This document shows, one piece after another, positions 62,221-64,000 of a DNA stretch of 64,000 bases; position 1 is the first letter of the stretch; every line of letters starts with the position of its first letter. Under the pieces are notes generated by a model that was given only the letters and a program-made list of their open reading frames with translations, had not been told where the DNA came from and searched no databases. Origin of the DNA: Felis catus (taxonomy: Eukaryota); the NCBI RefSeq assembly GCF_018350175.1, contig NC_058382.1:53260001-53324000 (forward strand), in the 5' to 3' direction. The position numbers and the translations under genes were made by a program.

Positions 62221-64000
62221 TGCACTTGCCTTCTGTGCAGTGGGGAGAAAGAGCTTCCTGGCTTTAAAAGTAGAAAACAGCAGAAAAATAAAAAAAAAAT
62301 AAATAAATAAATAAATAAAATAAAAAGTCTGGGAGAGCCCAGTAACAAACAAACAAAACAGTCTTTGAGCATCAACACAGAGCTACCTGTATGTGCTACT
62401 CACTGGAGCAAAGAGTGGGAGAGAAAGCAGTTCTTAGCTTGTGTCGAAAAGGTCAATATGGGTGAAGGGATTTCTGATTTCTCTTGGCTACCGCTGAGAG
62501 GGATGCTATGCATCCTCTTGGGCAGACTCACATGGCCTTCTAAAATGCCACGCATGATTCCGAACACTGCGAAACGTACCGTATGCACCGTAAGATATTT
62601 TGTAAGGATTCCAATAGCTCCCTGATGAAGAAAGAGAGAGGGCAGGAAAATAACGAAGAGAAATTTCAGAAAGGTAAACAGGAAATCCTACTCTCCGATT
62701 CAAAACGTTCAGCCCAGGAAGAGACCCCCATGTCAGCTTTCCCCCATTTCGTGTACATGCCAGGTGAAATTCGTCTTCAAGTATGAACAAGCCAGAGGCA
62801 TGCACCACAGCGGCACAGAATCAAGCCCTTTAATTAACTACTATTGGTAACAAAAGGTCTCCGTGTTGATTCACGTTGTTGTTGGAGGCAGAGGGGCGTC
62901 AACCGTGGTTCAGAATCCCCTTAACATAACTGTAAACCCAGGACACACAGCTGCTGCAGAAGGAGTCAGGGAAAAAGAAAAGAAACTTTGTAGAACCTAA
63001 TTTAAGGGAAGTGTGACCTCAAGGTGAATTTCGTATCAATTCCATTCTCCCCTCCACTGCCTACCCACCGGCAAGTGAACCTACCCTGCTTTTCAATAGA
63101 CCCAAAATGAACAAAAGACGTTCTTACTGGTTGCATGTGAATAACTCATTAGGTCCAGGGTCTTACACCTGAGGTCACACTGCTCCTGTGGCTGTGTGGT
63201 CTCCAGTGACAAGACCTGTGGTTCCCACAGCTGGGTCTGCGTTTTCCACCCACCGCCTGGAACCGCTCCTCCCCTCCCCCTCCTTGGTGTTACTTCCCAC
63301 CTGAAACTATGTATGCGCCAATGGCTTTGTAATATTTCCTGTGGATGCTGAAAACAGGGGGCATGTCCAATTTTCCCACTGGCTGACCCTTGTCCCAGCC
63401 TTTTCCAAATATCGCAAAAAGACCAAAAAATAAAAAAATAAAAAAATTACAAAATCAAAATCAAAACCAGCCCTTCTGCTTAGCTCATTTATTGCTGATA
63501 GTTTCATTAGGTGCCAGGAAAAGCAAAAACAATGCAGACACTAAACAACAACTTGACAGTGATTTTTGGATGGAGGAAATGGAAGATTCAGCAGTCCGCA
63601 GGTGAAGAGGGTTTCAGCACTGGCATCTGCGAACGGCAGCAGTAAATCTGAGGCTCTGGCAGGTGAATGACTGAATGTGTGCTTTCAGCGGGAACACTCT
63701 TTTACAGGAGCATGGCTTTGTTTTAAGTCACGAGTGCCGTACTTGTTGCAAAAACTCTTTCTTCCCTTTCTTCCCCCCTAAATGCATACCGTTTCTTTCT
63801 TTAAATTGCCCCCTCAAGAGTATCCTAGAGCTCACGGAAAATATGACTTGATATGGCTCGTGATCCTCTACCTGCCCCGATTGATTACATCAGCCCAGGA
63901 GGGGGCCAGTCCCCACCGAAAGAACATTCGGCAGGCTTTGTCTAGAAAGGGGGTGAGACGGTGGTTATGTGGGAGCATGACCTAAATAAACAAACAGCAA

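Overview
Mammalian, not prokaryotic, DNA. The window holds 19 tRNA-derived Can-SINE copies with felid-type (SINEC_Fc-like) sequence, so it is most likely from a cat or other felid (inference). Other repeats are ancient MIR, L2 and L1 fragments, eutherian hAT and Tigger DNA-transposon relics, microsatellites and a ~1.3-kb (CCAT)n-based satellite. I recognise no protein-coding exon, tRNA, rRNA or known miRNA. The ORF track is explained by chance, GC-rich sequence and translated repeats, so this looks like intergenic or large-intron regulatory DNA. I cannot name the locus and cannot support a claim of a new biological system. The best leads are: (1) a compact promoter-like module at ~61.4-62.2 kb flanked by outward-pointing splice donors on both strands; (2) several well-formed minus-strand exon candidates suggesting a spliced lncRNA or 5'UTR; (3) a SINE trimer whose shared junction points to unequal recombination; (4) a very young SINE with a perfect TSD; (5) a MER53 hairpin with an apparent compensatory change; (6) a perfect 16-bp GAGCTGGGG minisatellite. 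Repeat family names come from recalled consensus sequences and need RepeatMasker/Dfam confirmation. Repeat boundaries are approximate.
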